Positions 1 to 10,323 of a DNA stretch of 45,714 nt are shown one piece after another (positions within the stretch are counted from its first letter, which is position 1; every line of letters starts with the position of its first letter). The notes under the pieces were generated by a model. The model worked only from the letters and a program-made list of their open reading frames with translations. It searched no databases and was not told the DNA's origin. This DNA comes from a virus. Taxonomy: Duplodnaviria; Heunggongvirae; Uroviricota; Caudoviricetes. A program made the translations under genes and the position numbers. Location of the stretch: IMG/VR virus record IMGVR_UViG_2718218126_000004. One strand, given 5' to 3'.

Positions 1-155
1 CTAGATGTAGAACTGTGTGGTGACGGTCTTCCAGCTATTCGGCTCCTGCTGTATTGAAGCATACCAGGCTATTTCAATATCGCTATGCTGCGGCAGCATT
101 TAACCCCTTGTAATTCATTGCCATAATTGATTTAATTCACAAATAAAACTATAAC

Positions 156-824
156 ATGGTGAAATTAATGAAAAAAAACACAGATGATGGGGCTAAAATT
201 TACACACCACTTACCCTAAAGCTTTATGACTGGTGGGTTTTGGGAGTATCAAATCGGCTTGCATGGGGATGTCCTACAAAGGAACACCTTCTTCCACACT
301 TTCTGGAACATTTAGGTAACAACCATCTGGATATTGGTGTTGGAACTGGGTTTTACCTTACTCACGTACCTGAGAGTAGTCTGATATCTTTAATGGATTT
401 GAACGAAGCTAGCCTGAACGCGGCATCTACAAGGGCTGGGGAATCAAAAATTAAACATAAAATTAACCATGATGTTTTTGAACCTTATCCCGCGGCGTTA
501 CATGGTCAATTTGATTCCATTTCCATGTTTTACCTTCTTCACTGCCTGCCTGGAAATATATCTACAAAAAGCTGTGTAATACGCAATGCGGCGCAGGCCT
601 TAACTGACGATGGAACTCTATACGGAGCCACAATTCTTGGCGATGGAGTTGTGCACAATAGCTTCGGTCAAAAACTGATGCGCATTTACAATCAGAAAGG
701 CATCTTTTCAAACACAAAAGATTCCGAAGAAGGCTTAACACATATACTCTCAGAGCATTTCGAGAATGTTAAAACCAAGGTTCAAGGTACTGTAGTAATG
801 TTTTCCGCTTCAGGGAAAAAATAG
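156..824 (+). CDS. Class I SAM-dependent methyltransferase (AT-rich cargo gene; start may be the ATG at 168)
   Basis: 222-aa ORF with a glycine-rich motif I (LDIGVGTGFY) typical of Rossmann-fold SAM methyltransferases; markedly AT-rich relative to the phage structural genes; hairpin plus T-run just downstream. Confidence 0.6.
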   Translation: MVKLMKKNTDDGAKIYTPLTLKLYDWWVLGVSNRLAWGCPTKEHLLPHFLEHLGNNHLDIGVGTGFYLTHVPESSLISLMDLNEASLNAASTRAGESKIKHKINHDVFEPYPAALHGQFDSISMFYLLHCLPGNISTKSCVIRNAAQALTDDGTLYGATILGDGVVHNSFGQKLMRIYNQKGIFSNTKDSEEGLTHILSEHFENVKTKVQGTVVMFSASGKK

Positions 825-831
825 CATCCAA

Positions 832-870
832 CCGCAGCACGTTCTTGCATAAGGCGTGTCTGCGGTTTTT
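832..870 (+). terminator. Putative rho-independent terminator downstream of the methyltransferase
   Basis: Inverted repeat ccgcagcacg...cgtgtctgcgg (832-865) followed by TTTTT (866-870). Confidence 0.35.
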
Positions 871-1371
871 CAACTATTCAGATACATCACTCCCATCACA
901 TTCATTCCTCCGCATCATAGGCATATAGGCTATATCACCTTGATATTTTTCTTCTTCAGATAAAAACTGTTATCTATGTATACTTTTAAACCCAATCCGT
1001 GTAGAGTCTCTGCATAAGATAGTTTGCAGTTGCCACTTCAGCTTGCGCCATAAACCGCCTGATTTTTGCTGCCACCTGTTAGCATTCCTGTATACCTGAA
1101 ACGACAATGTTTATCTACGAACTTTAAGAACCCCCAGGATAAAAATTGTCAACTATATCATATATAACACATTACTAATTCGAGGCTATATGAACAGCAT
1201 ACTGATAATCACTTCGCTCCTTATCATATTCAGCATTTTTAGTCATGCGCTAATAAAATTAGGGATTGGCATATCCAATAACCCAGACAAAACCGATGTA
1301 TAAGTCAACATATCCTGAATCAGACATACAATATCGCAATGAAAATCAATAATATTTTAAGGAATATCTTC

Positions 1372-1605
1372 ATGAAATCAAAAGACACCCTAAAGTGGTT
1401 CCCTGCGCAGCTTCCTGAAGTAAGAATTATCCTAGGGGATGCTGTAGTGGAAGTAGCAAAACAGGGAAGACCTATCAATACCAGAACATTGCTTGATTAC
1501 ATTGAAGGAAACATAAAGAAAAAATCATGGCTGGATAACAAAGAATTATTACAAACAGCGATATCAGTTCTTAAAGACAACCAAAATTTAAATGGTAAAA
1601 TGTAA
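1372..1605 (+). CDS. ynaE: YnaE/YdfK-family small prophage protein (cold-shock associated)
   Basis: 77-aa product from the internal ATG (MKSKDTLKWFPAQLPEVRIILGDAVVEVAKQGRPINTRTLLDYIEGNIKKKSWLDNKELLQ...) matches my recollection of E. coli K-12 YnaE/YdfK; preceded by a long AT-rich untranslated region. Confidence 0.6.
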   Translation: MKSKDTLKWFPAQLPEVRIILGDAVVEVAKQGRPINTRTLLDYIEGNIKKKSWLDNKELLQTAISVLKDNQNLNGKM

Positions 1606-1921
1606 TATAATAAACTTACTTTTTTATCATTTTTCCACTTTAACAACATTTTGCTCCACTTTTCCACGACCAAACAACTTGAAATCTGGTTAAAATAACA
1701 CGCAACACTATTCTTCTTCCTTGAGTCCGCCCGGAACTCGAAAAACAAACCGAGTTAAAGCCATTTTTCACAAAATCGATTTTGGGTCTCACCAAAATTA
1801 CGGGGTTGCATACGCATTCGTTTATTTTCGAACGTGTACATACAAATATGCACAAACATAATCATAATTATTTTCTGAGATGCATTATGATATGAACACC
1901 AATTTCGTATAGAGTCTCACT

Positions 1922-2512
1922 ATGTCTCGAATTTTTGCTTACTGTCGGATATCAACGCTGGATCAGACCACCGAAAATCAACGCCGGGAAATCGAAAGTG
2001 CAGGTTTTAAAATCAAACCTCAGCAAATAATCGAAGAACACATTAGCGGCTCAGCAGCAACCAGTGAGCGTCCTGGTTTTAACCGGTTGCTTGCTCGCCT
2101 GAAATGTGGTGATCAATTGATTGTGACAAAACTGGATCGCCTTGGTTGTAATGCAATGGATATCAGGAAAACAGTGGAACAACTGACCGAAACAGGTATC
2201 AGAGTGCATTGCTTAGCATTGGGGGGCATTGACCTGACCAGTCCAACAGGAAAAATGATGATGCAAGTAATTTCAGCAGTCGCTGAATTTGAACGAGACC
2301 TTTTACTTGAACGCACTCATTCCGGGATAGTAAGAGCCCGCGGCGCAGGGAAACGTTTTGGTCGACCACCTGTGTTAAATGAAGAACAGAAACAGGCGGT
2401 ATTCGAACGAATTAAGTCAGGTGTAAGTATAAGTGCCATTGCCCGGGAATTCAAAACCTCGCGGCAAACCATTTTAAGAGCCAAAGCAAAACTTCAGACA
2501 CCTGACATATAA
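1922..2512 (+). CDS. pin: Serine recombinase, Din-family DNA invertase (Pin)
   Basis: 196-aa ORF starting [20 protein letters not shown] with the resolvase/invertase catalytic N-terminus and C-terminal HTH; matches recalled PinR/PinQ/PinE of E. coli prophages; convergent with tfa. Confidence 0.9.
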   Translation: MSRIFAYCRISTLDQTTENQRREIESAGFKIKPQQIIEEHISGSAATSERPGFNRLLARLKCGDQLIVTKLDRLGCNAMDIRKTVEQLTETGIRVHCLALGGIDLTSPTGKMMMQVISAVAEFERDLLLERTHSGIVRARGAGKRFGRPPVLNEEQKQAVFERIKSGVSISAIAREFKTSRQTILRAKAKLQTPDI

Positions 2513-2609
2513 AAAATAATCTCGGTGTGAGATGCTTTACGTCTTCCAAGCCCCCTTCCTTGCCGTAAATGGAAAGATACATCTAATTATAGAATTTATA
2601 TGTTTTACC

Positions 2610-3185
2610 CTACGGCAGTGCTGGCCATTCAATATCCTGTGCAGTTGACGTATCAACACGGTTCAGCAATACCCGATACTTTTTCCATGCTTCCAGCAAC
2701 GAGATTTCTTCCTCCGTTGCAATTTCCAGATCTGCAGCATCCTGAAGCGGCGCAATATGCTCACTGGCTACCTGCATCAGGTTGTTTTTTGTTTCTTCCG
2801 CCTCCCGGATCCGGAACAGTTTTTCTGCTTCCGTATCCTTCACCCAGGCTGTGCCGTTCCACTTCTGAAACTCCCCTTCCGGCGATAACCAGGTAACATT
2901 TTTCGGTAACGGACCGAGTTCAGAAATAAATAACGCGTCGCCGGAAGCCACGTCATAAACCGTTTTACCCCGATGATCTTCAACGAGATGCCACGATGCC
3001 TCATCACTGTTGAAAACAGCCACAAAGCCAGCAGGAATATCTGGTGGTGCAATATCGGTACTGTTTGCTGGCAGACCTGTATGAGGCGGAATATATGCGT
3101 CACCTTCACCAATAAATTCATTAGTTCCGGCCAGCAGATTATAAATTTTTATGGTCCGTGGTTGTTCACTCATTCTGAATGCCAT
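2610..3185 (-). CDS. tfa: Tail fibre assembly protein Tfa
   Basis: 191-aa ORF immediately downstream of stf with a 1-nt stop/start overlap (TAATG); N-terminus resembles lambda/Rac Tfa. Confidence 0.85.
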   Translation of the reverse strand: MAFRMSEQPRTIKIYNLLAGTNEFIGEGDAYIPPHTGLPANSTDIAPPDIPAGFVAVFNSDEASWHLVEDHRGKTVYDVASGDALFISELGPLPKNVTWLSPEGEFQKWNGTAWVKDTEAEKLFRIREAEETKNNLMQVASEHIAPLQDAADLEIATEEEISLLEAWKKYRVLLNRVDTSTAQDIEWPALP

Positions 3186-6100
3186 TATGCAAGCCTCACA
3201 ATATAGTTAAATGCGATGTTTTTGACGGTGTTTTCCGCGTTACCAGCAGCGTTAACGGTGATGGTGTGTCCATGTGAACCAATCGCAACGGAGTGCGTAT
3301 GAGCACCAATACCGACAGTATGCGCGTGTGCACCTGCAGATGCTGCTGTGCCGGACAGTGAATGGCTATGATTACCATCTGTACTGGTATTCGCTAACCA
3401 CCCCGTAGACATACCTACTGAGCCTTGTACACCCCAGGTATTTTGACCTGAGCTTGTATAACCATATTGATAAGTATCTTTAAAAACACTGGGGTTAAAT
3501 CGACGGCCATCTCTATGGCTGTGATTACCAGCTGCATTCGTGCTGCCACTTAAACTATGGGTATGCGCACCAGTGTTATTCGTGGATTTAGTGCCGTAAT
3601 CAAACGACGATGTGGTTTTCGTCCCCAAATCCGTACTGGATGCGCTGGCGCTGTGGGTATGCGATTTAATGCCATCCTGTTCCTGAGACAATACGGCACG
3701 ACCACTGGCGGGCTTGCCCTTAATCGTCCAGCCACGCAAATCAGGGATCACGCCTGACGGATAAGCGGCAGCAAGTTTCGGGTAGGCAGATTTGTCAAAA
3801 GTCTGCCCCTGCATCAGGGCATAACCAGACGGAACGGTATCTGATGGCCACGGGATTGGTGCGCCGACTGGGTAGCTTTCTGGTGGAAGATTTTTCGAGG
3901 TATAAACTTCTGCCCAGTCTTCCTCAAAACCATAGCCATCTCTTGAAGAACGGTAGAACAGACCACCATTTCTGTAATGCGCCTTCATCTGCAGGGTCCG
4001 GCAACTTCCGACTCCGGTATAGAAGTTAACCAGAATATAGCTGTCGCCAGAGCGGGTGACATTGTAAGCGCCTGATTCGGCATTCCAGGGAACGCCACCA
4101 TCCGCATCGGCATATGTATCCGTTGCCCTTCTGGCAAAAGCAGCCACATGCGCGGCGGTTAAAGTAATATCTTTGGAACCATCAAACTCAACACCAGAAA
4201 CCCGTCTTGGCGTTTGCAGCTTTGTTGCTGTTAATGCATTACCGTTCAGACTTGCGGACAGTTTGGTTCCAATAACCAGTTCGCCGGTTGCGTTATCAAT
4301 AGCAAACGGTCTTAATGTATTCCAGCCACCATAAACATCACCTTGATTGGTAAGCAGCAGGTAAGTTTTAGCGCCATCATTACGCCATAATGCCCCATAC
4401 TCCCCACCTATCATTCGAATCTGATTACCACCACGCGCTACAATTTCGTCTGTGGCAAAAAGTTTTTTGCACGACAAGTTATCGTTAACGATTAACGAAT
4501 GAGACTCATAAAAACCACGCCCACTCTTAAAATCAAGGATAACGTCCGCCGCGATACATTCAGTCGCTGGATTTGTTGCCCCAAACTTATAGGTCGTATC
4601 ATTAACAACGAGATCAGCACCAGGTGCGGATATTGACAGGCCATCTTCGATAAACGCAAAAACAGGGAAAGCAGCGCCATCAACATAGAACACAGAGCGC
4701 AAATCATCGCCCTTATTACTCATCATTATTGAGTGGATGGCTCGTTCATTGTTTTGATATTGCCAGAACATTCCATAAGCATAACGCCCCCTGTCAGTCC
4801 AGCCACCAGGCATAACAAATCCGTTAAACTCGCAGTTATTCATCGGATCGCCTGCGGTTCGCGTTGCCGTGGTGATAATGACCCTTGATGCCAGTTCGCT
4901 TACTGAGCCAGCAGAACGCATAACAACAACAGGGTAATATTTTCCAGATGTTGCACCTGCAGGAGCGTTAACCCGCACATAACGCATACCACGCTTATCA
5001 GCAAAGTCTGTTTTACTGACCGCGTTAATGTTGTTCAGGAAGCGTCCCTTATCGGGTATATCAGCGCCGTTCTGGTCTTTCTGCAGACGTTTCTCTGCAT
5101 TGTCATAGGCTGATTTTACTGCCTTTGGCGTTGCCGCCAGCGTTTCAGACGTACTGTTGGTCGCACTGCTGAGCTGTACTATCCCCTTTTTCGTCGTACT
5201 TGCATCCTCAAGCGCCACGGCGGATGCAATATCCTCTGCCCGTTTTGCCGCTGTCTCGGCGCGCGTTGCCGCGGATTCCGCCGTACTTTTGCTCTGTGCT
5301 GCCGCCGTCGCACTGCCAGCTGCCTCTGTCGCCTTCGTGGATGCCGTCGTGGCGCTGCCCTTCGCTGCGGACGCTTGTCTGGTCGCCTCATCTTTTGAAG
5401 CAGACGCCGATGATGCCGATGACGCCGCCGAACTGGCGGACGATGCGGCAGCCGTTTTTGAGGATTCTGCGCTGGTTTCCGACGCTTTCGCGTTCGTCTC
5501 GGATGTCTTCGCTGCGGAAGCAGACCTTGCTGCTGCGCTGGCCTGTTCAGTGGCTTCGCCAGCCTTCGTTGTGGCTGTTGAAGCAGACGATGCGGCGCTT
5601 TCTGCCGATTTTCCGGCGGCGGTGGCACTGGCTGAGGCCTGCCCGGCACTTGTTGACGCGGCACTGGCAGACGACGCAGCCGCTGTTTTTGAGCCTGCCG
5701 CAGCCGAGGCGCTCTGTCCCGCTGCCGTTTCAGAAGACCTGGCGTTTGTCTCAGACGTCTTTGCCGCCTTCGCGGAATTGCCTGCCGCCGTTGCCGAGGA
5801 AGCGGCACTACTGGCGCTTGATGATGCGTTCGTTTCTGATGATTTCGCTGCCTCTTTTGAGGCCGCCGCATCCCGGGCTGAGGTGGCTGCTTCTGACGCC
5901 TTCGTGGTCGCGGCGGATGCAGAAGTGGCTGCTGATTGTTGTGACGCTGCCGCATTCGTTTCTGACGTTTTCGCCGCAGCGGCACTGGTGACCGCCGCGC
6001 TTTTTGAGGACTCTGCAGCGGCAGCACTTTTTTCCGCTTCAGTGGCCTTTGTTGATGCCGTTCCTGCGCTGGAAGACGCTGACTGAGCCGACGAAGCGGC

Positions 6101-6589
6101 CTGTCCGGCTGACGTGCTGGCTGCGCGTGCTGAGCCTGCAGCATCAGTCGCATGGGTTGCCGCCTCACGGGCTGATGTGCCGGCATCGCTGGCTGACTTC
6201 TTCGCGGCTGCCGTGTTCTGTGCCACCGCGGACGCGTTACGCGCCACCTCTTCCACCATCAGTTCAAAACGGCGCAGTGCCTCAGGACGGGCATCATCCT
6301 CCGTCATGGCACCGAGAAAATCATTCAGCGTACCGGGTCGGGAATCTTCATACACGGTGATGGTCCCGGCATGTGACGGCGGGAATCCCTCCACCAACAG
6401 AATAACGCTGTACTGCCCGTACTCAACGTCCATGCTGTAACGCCCGGCTTCATCCGGATTTTCTGAGGCCAGCGTGTTCACCACCACCGTGGTGCTGTTA
6501 CGTTTTGCTTTCAGCTGGATTGTGCAGTTCTGTACCGGTTTTCCTGTGCCGTCTTTCAGTACACCTGAAATCTTTACTGCCATATTCAC
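3185..6589 (-). CDS. stf: Side tail fibre protein Stf (likely start at the ATG at 6583)
   Basis: About 1130-aa ORF; N-terminus [26 protein letters not shown] as in lambda Stf/StfR; long Ala/Ser/Thr-rich low-complexity shaft; C-terminal HxH repeats (GAHTHS, GNHSHS, GAHAHT, GSHGHT) typical of fibre-tip domains. Confidence 0.9.
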   Translation of the reverse strand: MNMAVKISGVLKDGTGKPVQNCTIQLKAKRNSTTVVVNTLASENPDEAGRYSMDVEYGQYSVILLVEGFPPSHAGTITVYEDSRPGTLNDFLGAMTEDDARPEALRRFELMVEEVARNASAVAQNTAAAKKSASDAGTSAREAATHATDAAGSARAASTSAGQAASSAQSASSSAGTASTKATEAEKSAAAAESSKSAAVTSAAAAKTSETNAAASQQSAATSASAATTKASEAATSARDAAASKEAAKSSETNASSSASSAASSATAAGNSAKAAKTSETNARSSETAAGQSASAAAGSKTAAASSASAASTSAGQASASATAAGKSAESAASSASTATTKAGEATEQASAAARSASAAKTSETNAKASETSAESSKTAAASSASSAASSASSASASKDEATRQASAAKGSATTASTKATEAAGSATAAAQSKSTAESAATRAETAAKRAEDIASAVALEDASTTKKGIVQLSSATNSTSETLAATPKAVKSAYDNAEKRLQKDQNGADIPDKGRFLNNINAVSKTDFADKRGMRYVRVNAPAGATSGKYYPVVVMRSAGSVSELASRVIITTATRTAGDPMNNCEFNGFVMPGGWTDRGRYAYGMFWQYQNNERAIHSIMMSNKGDDLRSVFYVDGAAFPVFAFIEDGLSISAPGADLVVNDTTYKFGATNPATECIAADVILDFKSGRGFYESHSLIVNDNLSCKKLFATDEIVARGGNQIRMIGGEYGALWRNDGAKTYLLLTNQGDVYGGWNTLRPFAIDNATGELVIGTKLSASLNGNALTATKLQTPRRVSGVEFDGSKDITLTAAHVAAFARRATDTYADADGGVPWNAESGAYNVTRSGDSYILVNFYTGVGSCRTLQMKAHYRNGGLFYRSSRDGYGFEEDWAEVYTSKNLPPESYPVGAPIPWPSDTVPSGYALMQGQTFDKSAYPKLAAAYPSGVIPDLRGWTIKGKPASGRAVLSQEQDGIKSHTHSASASSTDLGTKTTSSFDYGTKSTNNTGAHTHSLSGSTNAAGNHSHRDGRRFNPSVFKDTYQYGYTSSGQNTWGVQGSVGMSTGWLANTSTDGNHSHSLSGTAASAGAHAHTVGIGAHTHSVAIGSHGHTITVNAAGNAENTVKNIAFNYIVRLA

Positions 6590-6590
6590 C

Positions 6591-6619
6591 CCACAAAAAA
6601 GCCCGCCTGAACCGGCGGG
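6591..6619 (-). terminator. Putative rho-independent terminator between lom and stf (minus strand)
   Basis: Hairpin gcccgcc-tgaacc-ggcgggc (6601-6619) followed on the minus strand by a T-run (plus-strand A-run 6595-6600). Confidence 0.4.
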
Positions 6620-6647
6620 CTGTCATAACACTGTGTTACCTGGCTAA

Positions 6648-7247
6648 TCAGAATTTATAACCGACACCCACGATGAAACCGTCAGTGCGCCAGTCACCAC
6701 TGCCGGAGCCTTCATAAGCAATATCAATGGCCACGGATTCGGTCGGGTTAAACTGCACGCCAGCCCCCCACGCCAGAGACGTGTTGCTGTGGCGACCGTC
6801 ATCACTTCCGGTCAGCACATCGTGCTTTTTCCCCTTGTTGTCAGTTACGCGAAGATAATCCCCGGAGAAAGTCGACACACGGCTGTAAGCTACACCCGCC
6901 ATCGCATACGCGCTGAACCATTCATTCACGCGCACAGACGGCCCCGCCATTACGCTGAACCAGCGGTTACGAACGGAATCTTCATGCCAGCGGGTATCGC
7001 TGTAACGGGTCAGCTGGCGATTCTTGTCTCCTGCATAGCTGAATGACGTCACCAGCCCCAGTGTGTCCGTAAACTCATAACGGTATTTCACGTTAATCCC
7101 GTTCAGATTATCGCTGCCGGGGACGTTCGTCGAGGCATGAAGATACCCCGCGCTCAGCGTGGACTGATGTTCAGATGCCCATGCAGGCGCACCGGATACG
7201 GCCAGACAAATGGCTGCGGACAAAATGGCGGCATAAAGTTTACGCAT
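6648..7247 (-). CDS. lom: Outer membrane protein Lom (Ail/Lom family), full-length copy
   Basis: 199-aa ORF with signal peptide and C-terminal AYEGSGSGDWRTDGFIVGVGYKF as in lambda Lom; sits between J and stf as in lambda. Confidence 0.9.
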   Translation of the reverse strand: MRKLYAAILSAAICLAVSGAPAWASEHQSTLSAGYLHASTNVPGSDNLNGINVKYRYEFTDTLGLVTSFSYAGDKNRQLTRYSDTRWHEDSVRNRWFSVMAGPSVRVNEWFSAYAMAGVAYSRVSTFSGDYLRVTDNKGKKHDVLTGSDDGRHSNTSLAWGAGVQFNPTESVAIDIAYEGSGSGDWRTDGFIVGVGYKF

Positions 7248-7270
7248 AATTACCTCTCGCTTTTCTGCAA

Positions 7271-7296
7271 TAAAAAAGGCACCATTTCTGGTGCCC
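7271..7296 (-). terminator. Putative rho-independent terminator downstream of the J copy, upstream of lom
   Basis: Hairpin aaggcacc-atttct-ggtgccctt with adjacent A-run on the plus strand (T-run on the minus strand). Confidence 0.4.
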
Positions 7297-7316
7297 TTAT
7301 ATGGGTTATAACAATT

Positions 7317-9895
7317 TCAACGAATACTGATGCCGGAAGCGGCTTTTTTGGTCACAATCACCGTACAGTCGGTGATATTGCCTGCCCCCTGATTGCCTTT
7401 CTGGAAAATCTTAAACTCCAGAGTGACGCTTCCCCTGCCACTCGGCATATCAATAACTGCACTGTAACTACCGGGAATGGCCCCTTTAGTTTCTCTGGAT
7501 GCGATTAATACGCCGTTTTTGCGAACTTCAAAACCATAACCCGTGTATCGCGTGCCTCCTGGGTTATTTCCGCTCCCCGGATCGTCATACGCTATACCGT
7601 TAAAAATAATGGGCGGAATAATAATCTGGCGGTCAAAGTTATGATCATCGCTGATGGTGACTGTAACCGTACCATTTGGTGTTTCCGTGTTACCCCACGT
7701 ACCGACTTTTTTCGGGAAGGCTTTTGATACAGCTTTAACGAAATCTCCTCTGACCTGGGTCGCCTCCAGCATGCCCTTAATCGTACAGTTCTGGTTAATC
7801 GTGACATTGTTGAGCGTTCCTGAGTTCGCATTCACACTGCCACTGATATCCGCATTTTTCGCCGTCAGTCTCCCGTCTGATGTCAGGGAAAATGCCGGAG
7901 GATTACCGCCGCTGGTAATGGTGGGGGCCGTCAGGCGTTTCAGGAACACTTCATTCATGAATATCTGATCGCCCTGACCAACAAACATCGGCTTTGTGTT
8001 GCCATTCGCAGGATTAATCATCGCAATCCTGTCTGCTGCCAGCAGCACCTGACTCTGCATGCCGTCAGGGGTGTTCTCAATACCGGCACCGATACCCGCA
8101 ATATAAAGGCGTCCGTCCTGCATCTGCTGCAGCTTCACTGCCCACATGCTGTTCAGGTTATTATTTGTATCAACCTGAACCTTCTGTATCTGCTGGATCG
8201 CTGCACTCTGGTCTTCCAGTTTCTTATTGACGGTCTGTGTTATTTCATTGCTGACATCCGTTATGGACGTCCTGATTTCAGTCAGGTCAGGCGCAAGCTG
8301 ACCGTTATCAATCTGCGTCCACAGCTCCTGAGCCAGATGGGTTTTCCCTATCTCGCCTTTGAAAAAATCCAGATAGCCTGATGCATCATCACTCGGCTGA
8401 CCGACAGCCTCCACGAATGCCGATTTGCCAACGGTGTTCACACTGCGAACGTAAAAATAATAATCATGGCCCGGTTTGATATTGATACTGGCGGCTATCC
8501 AGTACAGTGCCGTACCAAGATAACGCGCGCTGGTTTCAACCTGCCTGATATCCGCAATCCGTTTTTCCGAGAACCAGAACTCAAACTGTACCGTCGGGTC
8601 ATAAACCGCAAGATGCGGCGTGGCGGTTATCTGAAAATAGCCCGGCGTCAGCTCAATCCGCGACGGCGCTGCCGGTGCGGCAATCCGGAACGATACCGAC
8701 GCCGGATCGCCCTGCTGCCCCCACGCATTTACCGCCCGGACTGTCAGCCTGTAGTTCCCCAGCGCCAGTTGCCTGAAGCGGTATGTGGTTTCCGTCGTCC
8801 GGGCCGTGCTGACCAGCCGCTCACTGCCGTCATCCGCTGTTACGGTCAGACGGAGCAGGAAGCTCACGCCCTTCACCACCTTCGGCGTGTCCCAGCGGGC
8901 CAGCACCTGGTATTCCCCGCTGTCTGCGGTGACTTCTGCGGTCAGGTGCTGCACCGCTGGCGGCGTGACACCATTTACCGTGCCGCTCTGGTCGCCGTCA
9001 AAGTGCGCCCCGTTATCCACGATGGCCTCTTTTTCCGGTACATGCTGCACGGCGGTGATGGCATACGTGCCGTCGTCGTTCTCACGGATACTCACGCAGC
9101 GGAACAGGCGCTGGCGCAACGTCGGCAGCTTCAGCCCCCATACGCTGTATTCAGCAACGCCGTCAGGAACACGGCTCACTTTTACCTTCACGCCGTCGGT
9201 GACGGACTGGACCTCCACGCTGACCGGATTGCCACTTCCGTCAACCAGGCTTATCAGCGTGGTACCGGAGGATGGCAGCGTGATTTCACGGTCGAGCGTC
9301 AGCGTCCGGGTCTGGCTGTTCACCGCCAGCACGCGCCCGCCGGTGCTGATACCCGCATAGTCATCATCGCAGATTTCAATGACATCCCCCGGTACATGGC
9401 GAAGCCCTTCCGCACCCACGCTGAAGTCCACGGTCTGCGTTTCCAGCAGTTCCGTTTTAATCAGCCACAGCCCGGCGCGGTGCGCCTGCCCCCGACTGGT
9501 ACAGCCAAAGGCATCCATCTTCGTGACGTTACGACCGTAACGGGCAATGGCCTGCGTGTCCTCCACAAGCTCTGTCGCCGTCTCCCAGCCGTTATCCGGG
9601 TCAATCCAGTTCACCTCAACGGCATTATGGCGGTCCTTCAGGGCGCTGAAGCTGTAGCGGAACGGCGCGCCATCATCCGGCATCACCACATTACTGCGGT
9701 TATAGGTCCACACCTTATCTGATGGTCGGTCCTGCACGAACGTCAGCGTCTGCCCGTTCCATACCGGCATACAGCGCATCGCAGAGCAGAAATCACTGAG
9801 CACATCCCACGCCTTGCGCTGTGTGGTCAGGTACGCATTACAGGTGATGCGCGGCTCCGTGCCGCCAAAACCGTCCGGCACCGACTGATCGCAAT
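7317..9895 (-). pseudogene. 5'-truncated duplicate of tail tip gene J (lacks roughly the first 306 codons)
   Basis: ORF 7317-9881 translates to the C-terminal ~854 aa of J; its upstream end fuses abruptly at 9895/9896 to sequence from inside lom; no plausible start or RBS. Confidence 0.8.
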
Positions 9896-10254
9896 GCTAC
9901 ACCCGCCATCGCATACGCGCTGAACCATTCATTCACGCGCACAGACGGCCCCGCCATTACGCTGAACCAGCGGTTACGAACGGAATCTTCATGCCAGCGG
10001 GTATCGCTGTAACGGGTCAGCTGGCGATTCTTGTCTCCTGCATAGCTGAATGACGTCACCAGCCCCAGTGTGTCCGTAAACTCATAACGGTATTTCACGT
10101 TAATCCCGTTCAGATTATCGCTGCCGGGGACGTTCGTCGAGGCATGAAGATACCCCGCGCTCAGCGTGGACTGATGTTCAGATGCCCATGCAGGCGCACC
10201 GGATACGGCCAGACAAATGGCTGCGGACAAAATGGCGGCATAAAGTTTACGCAT
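9896..10254 (-). pseudogene. 3'-truncated duplicate of lom (first ~119 codons) fused out of frame to the J fragment
   Basis: ORF 9838-10254 matches full lom for ~120 aa (MRKLYAAILSAAICLAVSGAPAWASEHQ...YAMAGVA) then diverges at the junction. Confidence 0.8.
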
Positions 10255-10277
10255 AATTACCTCTCGCTTTTCTGCAA

Positions 10278-10303
10278 TAAAAAAGGCACCATTTCTGGTG
10301 CCC
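10278..10303 (-). terminator. Duplicate copy of the J-lom intergenic hairpin terminator
   Basis: Same sequence as 7271-7296 at +3007 bp. Confidence 0.4.
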
Positions 10304-10323
10304 TTATATGGGTTATAACAATT

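Noticed and set aside
1606-1921. Short direct repeats (TTTTCCAC twice) and minus-strand ORFs (1497-1748, 1640-1855) in the AT-rich region between the ynaE-like gene and pin
   Set aside because: The ORFs are AT-rich, low-complexity and overlap the ynaE-like gene; the 8-bp repeats are too short and AT-rich to distinguish from chance without comparative data.
2600-2896. 98-aa plus-strand ORF overlapping the 3' end of tfa, considered as an alternative inverted tfa segment
   Set aside because: Pro/Leu-rich translation with no similarity to Tfa C-termini; no flanking invertase crossover sites; fully antisense to tfa.
5157-6186. Long ORFs on both strands inside stf (5157-6086 +, 5200-5991 +, 5179-6186 -, 6004-6360 +, 6114-6440 +)
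   Set aside because: They lie entirely within the GC-rich, repetitive Ala/Ser/Thr-coding part of stf; their translations are low-complexity (poly-Ala/Asp or Arg/Pro/Gln-rich) and are by-products of the codon repetition, not genes.
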